DNA from: Tricharina praecox
Taxonomy: Eukaryota
Length of the DNA stretch: 20,000 bases
Direction of reading: 5' to 3'
NCBI RefSeq assembly: GCF_024521635.1
Contig: NW_026250422.1
Coordinates: forward strand, 738,899-758,898
The notes under the pieces are model-generated. The model was not told the DNA's origin, searched no databases, and saw nothing but the letters and a program-made list of their open reading frames with translations. This document shows, piece by piece, positions 1 to 11,012 of this stretch (its first letter is position 1; every line of letters starts with the position of its first letter). Both the position numbers and the translations under genes were made by a program.

Positions 1-3000
1 GTCGAGTCGAGCCGAGTCAAGGAGGAGATGACGGTGCTTCACAATTTCACGCGAGCGGACGAGAGCGCGGCATTTGCCATGTTCTTCCTCGAGAAGATCG
101 TGGTGAAGCAGTTTCTCTCGTCGCAGGATACGAAATCGCAAGGCTTCCTGGCGTGGTGCGCTCAGCAGCTGCTGGAATTCTGCCAGGCCACGAATCAGAT
201 AAATCCTGTTCCGCGGAAGTCGCAGTCCACAATCAAATCGTCTGCGCAGAAACGATGGGATAACCTTCCGCCTGCGGCGCGAGAGACGCTGACGCCGTTC
301 CTGAAGTCGAAGTATTCATTGAGCGGAGGGGTCCAGCGCGCGCCGTTCACTTACCCGCTGTTTAAGCCGGGCATAACGTTCAGGGAATGGCTGATGACCA
401 TCATAACGGAGCTCCTGTGCAATGCCTCGGGGACAAATGCTAAACAGATCTTCGATGCGTGCGTAAGGATCTGCCGCGGGCAGGATATTTCCATCTCGAA
501 GTTTCTGTTTCCTGTCGCCGTGCTGCATACGGCAATCGCGGGCTCGGACGCGGATAGGCAAAACATCACGCAGGAGTTCCTCGCGGTGTTGAGGCATAGG
601 TGCGGGCCCTATGATACTACCAAGATGAAGGATACGCTGCGGCAGTGCATCGAGGTCATCTTCTCGGCGATCGACCATATGACCAAGTGGCTTCGTGACA
701 AGCGGCAGGACGACCTGATCTCCAAGACGGCGGCTGCGAAACAGCAGAATAGACACTACTCCCTGGAAGATGATTCTGAGCTGAATCCTGCCATCCGCCG
801 TGTCCGCAGCATCCTGGATGCCATACCTCCTGAGCTGATGGGAAGACGGTCACTCGAGTTCAAATCTTACGCCCGATCTCTCCTCTACTGGGAGCAGCAC
901 ATCAGAGCTAAGAGGAACGAACTGCGGGAGGATGAGATGGAACCGCTGTATGTCCAACTACAACGCATATACACGCACATCGACGAGCCAGACGGGATGG
1001 CGGGGATCTCGGCGAAGCTGCCCACGTTGGACATCGACCAGCAGATCCTGGAGCATCGCAAGGCTGGGAAGTGGACGGCGGTACAGAGCTGGTATGAGCT
1101 GCTTTTGGCTGAGAGGCCCGGCGATGTCAAAGTTCAGGCGGACCTCATCAGTTCTCTGCGGGACTCGGGGCAATACGATGCGCTGCTCCATCAGGTCGAT
1201 GGGATGATGGCGACTTCGGCGCAGGCGCATACGAGATTGCTTCCGTTCGCGGTTGAAGCCTCGTGGGTAACGGGGAACTGGACCGCGCTGGATAAGTATT
1301 TGTCGAAATCCAACGAGCATACGAACGGCACGTACGATATCCGCATGGGTTACGCACTTTCGGAGCTCCGCAAGCAGAACATGGAGGCGTTCGTCGAGTG
1401 GGTCAACAGCGCTCGAGAAACGGTTGCCACCACGATGACGGAGTCGGCCACGGGAAGTATCCGGCAGTCCCACCACTTCCTCGTTCAGCTACATGCGCTC
1501 TCTGAGTTACAGAGCGTTAGTGAGGGTCTGCACCGGCCGGAGTTCGATGCGGGCGCGTTTACACGGTCCCTCGAGAGTCGGCTGAATCTCATGGGCACAT
1601 ACCCTGCGGATAAACAGTACATTCTGGCGGTGAGGAGGGCTGCACTGCAGCTCTCGGGAAAGAATATGACGGATGAGATCATGTCGGCCTGGCTGAGCAC
1701 TGCGAAGCTCGCGAGGAAAAATGATAATACCCAGCAGGCGTATAATGCCGTACATCATGCTACGCTGCTGAATCCGGCGCTGGCGACGATAGAACATGCA
1801 AAGCTCCTGTGGCATGAGGGTCAACATAAGAATGCCATACGCAATCTCAATGGTGCCATCGCGAAGAAGATCCTCGAGATTGGAACCGAGGCACCACTGT
1901 CGCTCTCCAAAAGCAGTACTCGGGTGTCGACGAACTCGAATCTCACGGTGACGACGGAGAGCCTCGAGGCGCAGCCGCAGCCGCAGCAGAATCAGAGGGT
2001 GGCGAGGGCCAAGCTGCTGCTCGCGAGGTGGCTCGAGGCCAGTGGTCAGACACATTCGACGGCGCTGCTCCAGAAGTATACCGACGCTACTCTGTGGTTT
2101 CAACGGTGGGAGAAGGCACATTATTACCTAGGACGCCACTACAATAAGCTGTACGAGGCCGAAAAAGCTCTTCCACCGCAGCGACAGTCGTCAACTTTCC
2201 TGAGCGGTTCGCACGCAGTGCATATCGTGCGGAATTACATGCGCGCACTCGCGTTTGGCGCGAGATACATCTTTCAGACCATGCCGAGGTTGCTCACCGT
2301 CTGGATGGATCTCGGTGATGAGGTCAAGAGGCCATTGGATGCGGTTTACGGGACCGAGAAGTACAGGGAGCACATAGAAAGGTTGAGGGCGAAGCAGCTT
2401 AAGGATCTGCACAAGGCGACCGAGCGGTATCATCAGACTAAGCTGGGAGCATGGATGTTCTTCACTGCGCTGCCGCAGCTCATGTCGCGGATCATCCATT
2501 CGCACGAGAGGGTGTACGCGCAGATCCAGACCATCATTGTCAAAGTGGTCATGACGTATCCGCAGCAGTCGATGTGGTCTCTAATGGCCGTGATGAAGTC
2601 GACGTCTAAGGAACGTTCGCAGCGCGGCCAGCGGGTGCTGACGCAGTTGAGGGAATCGCTGCCGAAAGGAAAAATCCCCGCTGGTACCATAGATACGAAG
2701 CTGCTCATCAATGAAGCGCGGAAACTGACGGATCAACTCCTGGACCTCTGTAACATGGAGCTCAGCAACCGTTTGGCTCATCTCAGTCTGAAGAAGGATT
2801 TCAAATTCCGCCACGAAGTGGCGCCGTGCCAGTTGGTACTTCCTACACAGGCGGTGCTCACTGTCACCCTCCCCTCGCCCACTGATACGATCGAGAGCCA
2901 CGGACACTATGCGTTTGCGGCGAACCCTCCAACGATCAAGAGGTTCTTCGATGACGTTCACATCATGGCCTCGCTGCAGAAGCCACGCAAGATCAGTATA

Positions 3001-3993
3001 GAGGGCACAGATGGGCGGGTGTATTCCTTCCTCTGCAAGCCCAAGGACGACCTCCGCAAGGACGCACGACTGATGGAGTTCAACAACATGATCAACCGGT
3101 TCTTCAAGCGCGACGCCGAGTCCAGTCGGCGGAACCTCTACATCCGCACATACTCCGTCACCCCGCTCAACGAAGAATGCGGCGTGATCGAGTGGGTGAG
3201 CAACGTTCAGACGCTGCGTGACATCCTGCTGTTCTACTACAAACAAAAGAACATCCACATAAACTACACGACCGCTCGCAAACTCCTCGACGAAGCCACA
3301 GGCGACATAAAGGATCCCAAGACCAGAAAGCCCCACATATTCTCCAACACGGTCCTCCCCGCGTACCCGCCCATCTTCCACGAATGGTTCCTCGAGATGT
3401 TCTCCGAGCCGGCCGCCTGGTTCGCCGCACGGCTGCGCTACACGCGCACGTCAGCGGTGATGTCCATGACCGGCACGGTGCTCGGTCTCGGCGACCGCCA
3501 CGGCGAAAACATCCTGTTCGACCAGCTCAGTGGGGACACTGTGCACGTGGACTTCAACTGCCTCTTCGACAAAGGGCTCGGCTTCGAGAAGCCAGAGCGC
3601 GTGCCGTTCCGGCTGACGCAAAACATGGTGGACGCCTTTGGCGTCACCGGCTACGAGGGCGTGTTCCGCAAGGCCTGCGAGAGCGCAATGAGACTCCTGA
3701 GACACAACGAGGAAACTATGATGACCGTCCTCGAGGCGTTCATTCACGACCCTAGCGTAGACATGGTAAAGCGTACGGGAAGCTCGAAGAAGGCGGCGAA
3801 GGCTCCGGATCTCCTCCCGTCCCCCGAGACCCCGAAGGAGATCCTCGAGAGCATACAGGCAAAGCTTAGGGGGCTTTGGGAATCGGATACCGTGCCGCTG
3901 AGCGTCGAGGGCCACGTCGAGGTGCTGATCAAGAAGGCGACGGACCCCGGGAATCTATGCGCGATGTATATTGGGTGGTGTCCCATGTTTTGA
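1..3993 (+). CDS. MEC1: Serine/threonine-protein kinase ATR/Mec1/Rad3/UvsB (PIKK family), C-terminal part: FAT, PI3K-like kinase and FATC domains; 5' end lies upstream of the window
   Basis: Frame is open from base 1 (VESSRVKEEM...) to TGA at 3991-3993. ATR-type motifs are present: IYTHIDEPDGMAGI (FAT), SLQKPRKI, LCKPKDDLRKDARLMEFN, catalytic GLGDRHGENILFD and HVDFNCLFDKG, PERVPFRLTQNMVDAFG, and FATC end LCAMYIGWCPMF*. Confidence 0.96.
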   Translation, partial: VESSRVKEEMTVLHNFTRADESAAFAMFFLEKIVVKQFLSSQDTKSQGFLAWCAQQLLEFCQATNQINPVPRKSQSTIKSSAQKRWDNLPPAARETLTPFLKSKYSLSGGVQRAPFTYPLFKPGITFREWLMTIITELLCNASGTNAKQIFDACVRICRGQDISISKFLFPVAVLHTAIAGSDADRQNITQEFLAVLRHRCGPYDTTKMKDTLRQCIEVIFSAIDHMTKWLRDKRQDDLISKTAAAKQQNRHYSLEDDSELNPAIRRVRSILDAIPPELMGRRSLEFKSYARSLLYWEQHIRAKRNELREDEMEPLYVQLQRIYTHIDEPDGMAGISAKLPTLDIDQQILEHRKAGKWTAVQSWYELLLAERPGDVKVQADLISSLRDSGQYDALLHQVDGMMATSAQAHTRLLPFAVEASWVTGNWTALDKYLSKSNEHTNGTYDIRMGYALSELRKQNMEAFVEWVNSARETVATTMTESATGSIRQSHHFLVQLHALSELQSVSEGLHRPEFDAGAFTRSLESRLNLMGTYPADKQYILAVRRAALQLSGKNMTDEIMSAWLSTAKLARKNDNTQQAYNAVHHATLLNPALATIEHAKLLWHEGQHKNAIRNLNGAIAKKILEIGTEAPLSLSKSSTRVSTNSNLTVTTESLEAQPQPQQNQRVARAKLLLARWLEASGQTHSTALLQKYTDATLWFQRWEKAHYYLGRHYNKLYEAEKALPPQRQSSTFLSGSHAVHIVRNYMRALAFGARYIFQTMPRLLTVWMDLGDEVKRPLDAVYGTEKYREHIERLRAKQLKDLHKATERYHQTKLGAWMFFTALPQLMSRIIHSHERVYAQIQTIIVKVVMTYPQQSMWSLMAVMKSTSKERSQRGQRVLTQLRESLPKGKIPAGTIDTKLLINEARKLTDQLLDLCNMELSNRLAHLSLKKDFKFRHEVAPCQLVLPTQAVLTVTLPSPTDTIESHGHYAFAANPPTIKRFFDDVHIMASLQKPRKISIEGTDGRVYSFLCKPKDDLRKDARLMEFNNMINRFFKRDAESSRRNLYIRTYSVTPLNEECGVIEWVSNVQTLRDILLFYYKQKNIHINYTTARKLLDEATGDIKDPKTRKPHIFSNTVLPAYPPIFHEWFLEMFSEPAAWFAARLRYTRTSAVMSMTGTVLGLGDRHGENILFDQLSGDTVHVDFNCLFDKGLGFEKPERVPFRLTQNMVDAFGVTGYEGVFRKACESAMRLLRHNEETMMTVLEAFIHDPSVDMVKRTGSSKKAAKAPDLLPSPETPKEILESIQAKLRGLWESDTVPLSVEGHVEVLIKKATDPGNLCAMYIGWCPMF

Positions 3994-4623
3994 GCGGGAT
4001 GGGGATGGGGATGTGGAGTTTGGCGAAATGCGGAGTGTTTTTTTATGTGCAGTTCCATGATTTTCTCAGTTTATGTGTCAGTTGCAACTTTCCAGGTATC
4101 TGTATATTTTCGACGATGAGAAGATTGTTACGATGGGCGGTCGGACTGGATTGAGTCTGTGGCGGAGTGGTGGTGGTGGTTGGCAAGGTGTAGAGTAAAA
4201 AGGCGGTACCCAACTGCCAATACGGCGGCAATAATAGGGCGGGCGTAATCAAGGGCCCTTTTGGTTGTGTTTCATGATTCATCGAGATTCGAATGTGGCC
4301 TGTCTACGGTACTCTATTCTGGATGATGACAATCCAGATTCCATACTTATCTCTGTCCTTCTGTCCGTCTGCACTGTATGTACAGTCCGGAATCCAGATA
4401 GCGAGCTCGGGTTGGTATCCTCTAGAGCAGTTAGGAACTCGGTACCACATACCAAGTATTTACATAGCCCGCCATGTCACCGGAGCCGCGTCACGCCTGC
4501 AACGGTTTATGTGCCTACCCTACCTACCTTACTGTATATGCGTCTCGACTCTCGAGACTCGTGGCTGTGGTTGTGGTTGTGGTTAATCTTTCCCGTAGTT
4601 GCAACCACTTGGCACCGAGTGCT

Positions 4624-4707
4624 GACTGGCCGCTGGCGAGCTGTCAATTACTAGTTGGAGCTTGCCGACAAGCACCACGGAAGACTGGCCGCTGGCGAGC
4701 TGTCAAT
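4624..4707. repeat. Perfect 25-bp direct repeat GACTGGCCGCTGGCGAGCTGTCAAT (4624-4648 and 4683-4707)
   Basis: Two identical copies, 59-bp period, read directly from the sequence. Confidence 0.9.
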
Positions 4708-5472
4708 AATTACGGTAACTAGCTGGAACTTGCCGGTAAACGCCCAGACGTCAAACGCTCCATTCTACATAGTAGTTGTACATAATAGAGACTGCAGTGG
4801 GGCTACTGTCACCGTCGAAGCTCGGCAGTCCGGAGAGCCAGTGGTCCGGCTACCTGGTTACCTGGTTACTTTTACTACCAAGCTCTAACTGCGTTGTTAA
4901 CTACGGTAACTAGCCGCCAACTATCCTGTAGTTACATATCACGTTTCGTTTGGATACCGGTAGTCTACTAGTACTTAGAGTATAATAGAGTATAATAGTA
5001 GCCGTGGCAGTAGAGATCTCCACATGGTGTCCAGCCTCTGTCCAGTGTCCGTTATTTCTCTAGACTTCAGCCCCAGCGACGGGATACTTTGTTTTCATGC
5101 GGACACGCTGTAACTGCCAGTGCCAGCCAGCAACTCGCACTCGCACTCGCACCTACCACCAAAGCCGGGGATGCCAAATGCAGGGCAGATATAAAAAGCC
5201 ATCCAGTCACCAGTGACGACGAAGCCAACCCGCACCCCCGCTCGCACACGCACCTACGGTCCCACGGTTCACCCCCGCCCGCCTGCGCGGCGCTGCGTCC
5301 GTTCCTGTCGATCGACAGATATCTACCTCTATTTGGTATCGATAACGAAGTTTGAAGTTCGAACCCCGACGAGTTCACGGCGAGACTGCACAGTGCGGAG
5401 GACCGTCCGCCTTTTCTCTCTTCTTCTCTCGCCTTGCATCCCCCCGACCTCCGGCCTCTGGGATGTGTAGTG

Positions 5473-7145
5473 CTCCACTGCTCTGCTGCTCCGCTGCTCC
5501 GTCGTGGGCAGGCTCTATGTAGGGGGACTCGAGCTGGCTGCTGGCTGCTGGCCGGTACTGCTGTACTGCTGTAGCCTGTAGGTATCTACATACCGTATCT
5601 ACCGTCTACCGTCTACCGTGACTACCGTGACTACATAGGTGCACAACGTTGAATGCACACACCGGTACTCGACATACTCAACGACGAACGATGGATATGT
5701 GAGGGTGAGGGGCGAGGGGTGATCCGCGACTCGTGAGAGGTGAGGAATCTAGGTAGGATGGATGGGAACGCGCGTCCGCTTGGCTGGGTGTTGGCCGTGG
5801 TCACATGGGGGGATGGGATGCCTGGGCAGTGTGCAATGTGCAGTGCAGTGAACAGTGTGTGCTCCGAGTCTAGTTACCAAGGTACCGGTGCGCACTACAG
5901 CTGGCGATTCGACTGTAGTTACTCTATTATACATGGTAATCATAGTAGAGGAGAGTAGAGTAGTGACTGGCAGCGGTACCTACCAACCTACCCATGATAC
6001 CACCCATAGTTGATTGGTGATCGCCAGCAACAAGCAACAGGAGTACACGCGGCTTCGCGTAGAGTGCTCCAGATAGTTACTCTACCTATTAGATACCTAC
6101 TGTAGAGTCTAGATACATATTTGCACCTACCTACGCTGTCACGATAAGAACTCGGAACTTGGATATGGCAGGTTTTCTCGACTCTTGAGGGCTACCGGGC
6201 TACATACCTGGTTGTTATACTTGACCCCGCATACCTACCGAACACTTGGCGGACGCCGGAGCATGGAGTATGGAGCATCTCCAGCGCGGGGTGGGCTGGG
6301 TGGGGGGGTGGTGGGGCTGTGCGGCGTCTGGCCATTCGTTCATTCACTCATTCACTCATTCATTCCTTCATTCGGGCCTTCGTTCGGTCCTTCATTCCAG
6401 TACGATGCCTGTACTGTGATACCAAGAGTAGTTGGAACTTGGGCTATCCATCCATACGTACATACGTAGAGGGAGATCTGTTCTGTTGGTTTTTTATACC
6501 TCTGTATCCATAATCCGATCGCACGAGAAGCTCGACCGTCGCTCGACGTCGGGTTTAAAGCGAAGCTTTCGACGATCCCCGTGGTGGTTGGTAGGTGGTT
6601 GGTTCGTGGTTGGTGGTTGGGGGTAGGGGGGGGGGGCGTACGTACGTACGCAAGACACGTCGGGCCCGGGATGAGATGCGATGGTAGCTATTGGACGAAT
6701 AGTCATCAGCGTAACTGTAGTAGTTATCCATGTGCTGCCAGTTCCTGCATCGCGTCGTGTCTCGGTGCGGGAGCGGAGCGACGCAGCGACGGGGCGGCGG
6801 AGACGGGCCTGTCGTGTCGTGTCGTGTCCTGTCGATGGTGGTGGTGGTGTTGCATACCGCCGGCTGGGTACTGGCCGGAGAATGGGCGTGGAAGGGATAG
6901 GCGTGGTGGTGATGATGACTGGTCGTGGTCACTGGTCGTCACTGGTGGTGATGGTGACGATGGTGCTGTTTCGGTTACATTCCCGATCTCTAGAGCTCTA
7001 GAGAACGACGAGGCCGTGGATGGTGATGATGATGGTGGTTCTGGATATTTGGAATCTGGATGTCTGGATGTCTGGATGTCTAGGATCTGGAATGGATGAC
7101 AGCCCACCTGGCAGTGACCGACCGACCGAGCGACCGACCTACCGA
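5473..7145. repeat. Low-complexity intergenic tract with many short tandem repeats (CTACCGT/CTACCG, TTCA, GGTT, TCGTG, GGT, TCTGGATG, CCGA) and palindromes
   Basis: Visible short tandem arrays. Perfect palindromes at 6636-6651 (GCGTACGTACGTACGC) and 6987-7004 (TCTCTAGAGCTCTAGAGA). Confidence 0.75.
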
Positions 7146-8660
7146 CCAATAATGTTTCCCGGGAAACCTTTTTTTGGACAGGCATCAACCCTCACCCTCA
7201 GGCTCAGCGAGTGGACGACTAAACTAAGGATAAGCATAAGGCTCGAGCCAAGCTTGAAGCTCTCAAGCGGGGGCCAAATATAGTCAGATATAGTGTGAAT
7301 AATGGACGTTGATGATTGGCCGGCCACGGTCCGAAGGCTTACTTGTACACTACAGTAATAATCAGTATGCTTGCTACCGAATGGCAGTACAGTTAGTCAC
7401 TACTGCCTATTTACTAGTAATAATTAGTAGGAGTAAGTACAATACATTCACGATACGGCCCTCCACGAGACGATCCAAGCTGGCTGGATGGCTTCTCTGC
7501 TCGGTGGAGTAACAAGCAAAAAAGTCCCTATCGTACCCAGGGTACTAATTACGGGTCTACGACTCGACTCTCCGCTTTTAGGCATCGCGCCCTCTCGAGT
7601 CTTACAGTCTCACAGCCCCCGATGCTACGAATAGTTAACTGCATGACTGATATTCACTGTTCAGCCTTCACCGTGCATATTGAATGGAGGCACTCGCCAA
7701 TACCCCACAGCCCCCGGTATCTGGACACTGGAGAGAACCGACTGTGCGTGCGAATCCTCCGGTGAACACTCCCTCCGGAATAGATACGGTATCGGTATTC
7801 TATTGTCTTTGTCTTTATGATACCTATGAGATGGAGGAAAATAGAAGAAAGAAGGATAGAAAGAAAGATAGAAAGAAAGAAAAAGCCGCTTTCGAAACAC
7901 CAGGCACCCACCCACCCCTTCGCAACCCCCCATGGATCAGATGCAGGGTCAGCGAATTGCATCTGTCCGTCGTTTTCGATCTTCCCAGGCTTCGCTAGAG
8001 TAGACTACATTCCTGGACAGCTGTGGTTACCAGTAGTTAGCTGCAAATTCATCCATCCTTACCATTGTCCCACTCAGCCCTTCCATCTGGCTTTCTTCTT
8101 TTCTCTGCCGAGCCCGCCCACACGCCCAGAGTGCCTGCTTAAATCTCGCTGTCCCCCCCTCTTCCCCCCCCCCCCCCCCCCCACCGCCCACGGAAGACTC
8201 CTTGGCTTCGTTTGTCGCTTTTTCTATCTCTCGATATAAGACCGAGCACGGTGTCGTCGTTCTCGTCGTCGTTGAAGCCTTCCTCTTCAATCTCAGCAGC
8301 TATAACTACCAGTAGTTATATAGTAGGCAGATCGATTCTCTACTACTCCACCCTACTCTAGTTACTCTAGTACTATCAAAGATAGCCCTCTCCTCCAGCC
8401 GCCGAGCGACTCGGGAACCAACCAATAGGCCAATCAGATCCAACAGACAGGCGTCCACTTGCATACAGGCCTATTACACACCTCTGTCACCCTTTCTCTT
8501 CTTCGATTCTTCTCGTTGCACCTTCCATCGCACCAAGCAACCTCACCTTGCACTCTGAAATTTGTTTCTCGTTCGCATCTGTCGCTCTCTCTCTCTCTCT
8601 TCCCAGGGCTGCGGGGAGTTTCGAACAATAAACGACTATCGTCGATTACAACACACAGCA

Positions 8661-10558
8661 ATGGTTTCACTCAGGAGGTCACTGTTCGGCGCGTTGGCAC
8701 TGGGTGGGTCCTCTGGAACCGCAGTGTTTGAGGCCCGGAATGCGATGCTAACACTGTCCGTCGATTAGCTACCGCAGTACTCGGTCAGGTCTCCAGCTTC
8801 TGCGCCTCCGGTGACGGCAACGTATGCGCCGCCGTCAACGTCCCCTCGTCGGGCACCGACACCTATTTCCAGGTGAAGGGATCCACGAATTCTGGATGGG
8901 TTGCCATGGGTCTTGGTAGCGCCATGGCGGGCTCGTTGATCTTCGTCGTCTACCCGAATTCCAACGGCAGGAACGTGACCGTTTCCCCGCGTCTGGGAAG
9001 GTATGGCTCGGGATCGCTACTTCCGTCTGATCGCTGTCGGTTGGCTTATCTTTTTGCGCAGGGGACACATCGAGCCCCAGTATCAGAGTAGCATCCAGAT
9101 CACCCTCCTGGGGGGCTCCGGTATCAGCGGCGGCATCATGACGGCCAACTTCAAATGTCAGTTCCTTTGTGCGCGGGAAAGTGGGGAGGAGGAGAAGAAA
9201 AAGAAGAAGAAGCTGATGGTGGGGTGGATGCAGGTTCGAATTGTCGCGACAGACTCAGCGTTACCTCGACTCGACAGGACTTCATCTGGGCTGCCGGCCC
9301 GGGCACCGAAATCACATCCAACGACCCGTCGGAGACCATCACACAGCACTCGGACAATGGCAACTTCCGTCTCGATCTCGTCAGGGCCACCGGCGGCGAT
9401 ACCACGAACCCGTTCGTGACGGCGAGCGGTGCTTCGCCCACGGATACCAATCAGAACACCACCGGCGGCAGTTCGGTCGCAGCTCCGCAGAGCAAGGCCG
9501 ACAAAGTTTTGATCGCACATGGTATGCTAGTAGCGATTTCCTCGTACATGTTTTTCCTGTTGTAATATCTTTTCTTCTTTTTCTTTTCACAACCGTGCTT
9601 GCTTGAACACGCACACGCACATATCACGCAAGGCTGGCACTTGGAACTGTGATTATATCGCACTACATACATCTGTTATAATGTCGTCGGACCGCTCACT
9701 TTTTTTTTAATTGGCTTTTTGCTTTACTTCTGCGGGAATATTTGAATAACCAACTGGTTTGCCGTGCGATTTCAGGTGTAATAATGGCTTTGACATGGGT
9801 CATACTCTTCCCTCTGGGGGCTGCCTTCATAAGACTCCTTTCGGGCCGTCTGTCCAATGCGTTTGTGATGCATCGGACTCTTCAGCTCTTCAATGTCCTC
9901 CTCGCGATTGTTGGAATGTCCATGGGAATGTGGACTAGCGGGCTCAATGGAACGGTAAGGCTCCCCCCTCCTTTGTTTTTTTGCTTTTGCCGCCAACCAA
10001 TGTTAGGCCTCCAACTTGGGCGCCACATTTCATTTCTTTTTCGGCTCCCCCCTTTTGGCCCCGCCCAGACCCTTCCTTTAACCAATCATCGGCTCGCGGA
10101 AAGGGGCGGGAGTGGGAGAGGGGTTGTTTACCGTGCTCGGGTATCAATCCGCACCTTACAGAACATAAGCTAATCCCTTGTCGCTACAGCACTTCAATCA
10201 CTTCCACAAATACTTTGGCGTCGTCCTCGTGGGAATGCTGTTCGTGCAGGCAGCTTTGGGACAGCTGCACCACGCTGAGTTCCAACGCACGGGGAAGCGC
10301 AGCCCTTGGTCGTATGCGCACATCTGGATGGGCCGCACCGTGATCATTCTTGCCATCATCAACGGCGGAATCGGACTCGGCCCCAGTCTCGCGAACGCTT
10401 CCAGCGGACAGATCGCCGCTTACTCGGTCGTCGCAATACTCGTGGTGGTTACATATACCGCTTTCTATCTGCTGCAGCAGAGGGGCAGATCTCTGGAGAC
10501 GCAGAAGAGGTCGGCCGGGCCACAGAGGAGGAGGTCGACGGGAACGCAGAGGAGGTAG
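8661..10558 (+). CDS. DOMON / cellobiose-dehydrogenase-cytochrome (iron reductase, AA8-like) domain plus cytochrome b561 transmembrane protein; 6 exons: 8661-8703, 8769-9000, 9062-9156, 9234-9521, 9776-9954, 10190-10558 (401 aa)
   Basis: Spliced model is in frame (1206 nt) with GT-AG introns (donors GTGGGT, GTATGG, GTCAGT, GTATGC, GTAAGG; branch points GCTAAC, GCTTAT, GCTGAT, GCTAAT). Signal peptide MVSLRRSLFGALALATAVLG. DOMON motifs GWVAMGLGSAMAGSLIFVVYPN..NVTVSPRLGRGHIEP, MTANFKCSNC, FIWAAGP..ITQH (Met/His heme ligands). b561 His motifs IAHGVIMALTWVILFPLG, MHRTLQ, HKYFG, HIWMGR..LAIINGGIG. Confidence 0.92.
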
Positions 10559-11012
10559 GATGCGGGACGCAACAAGTTACGCAACGTTAATGATTAATAA
10601 TGGCTGCGGGGAGTTTTTTATTCTTTTTTTCTTTATGGGGAATTCGTTCTGGTTTATTGCTTTATTCCGGGCAAAGGGATGGCTGGTGGCTTAGATATCA
10701 ATTGGGGGTTTTTTTTGGTTATCTACCGGTGATGATCGCATGAATAATTTCTTCTGGTTGGGTTTTATTTGTAAAAATGATTGCTCTTTACGCTTCACAT
10801 GCCCCTACATACGTGCGGGATCACTGCCGATCCAGGTATGGTACCGCGGTTACGGACAAATAGCGGGGAGTGGGGTAACTAAGTCAGGTACCGTTTATCA
10901 AGCAACCTTAACGTTACTCTATTTCACTATCGATGTCGAACGTGGACTGACTTTTAAACGAGCACGAGCACGACCAAACCCCACCAGTGACCACCTGAAC
11001 ACCAATACCGCG

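Noticed and set aside
47..4154. Antisense and alternate-frame ORFs up to 266 aa overlapping ATR
   Set aside because: Expected shadows of a GC3-rich coding sequence.
4624..4707. CRISPR-like repeat-spacer-repeat (25-bp repeat, 34-bp spacer)
   Set aside because: Only two copies, eukaryotic context, no cas genes.
5340..5380. tRNA gene suggested by GTTCGAACCC
   Set aside because: Flanks TGAAG/CCCGA do not form a T-stem, and there is no acceptor or anticodon stem.
6494..7283. Overlapping 70-172 aa ORFs on both strands
   Set aside because: They arise from stop-poor simple repeats (poly-His, Pro, Val runs) with no recognisable protein or splice structure.
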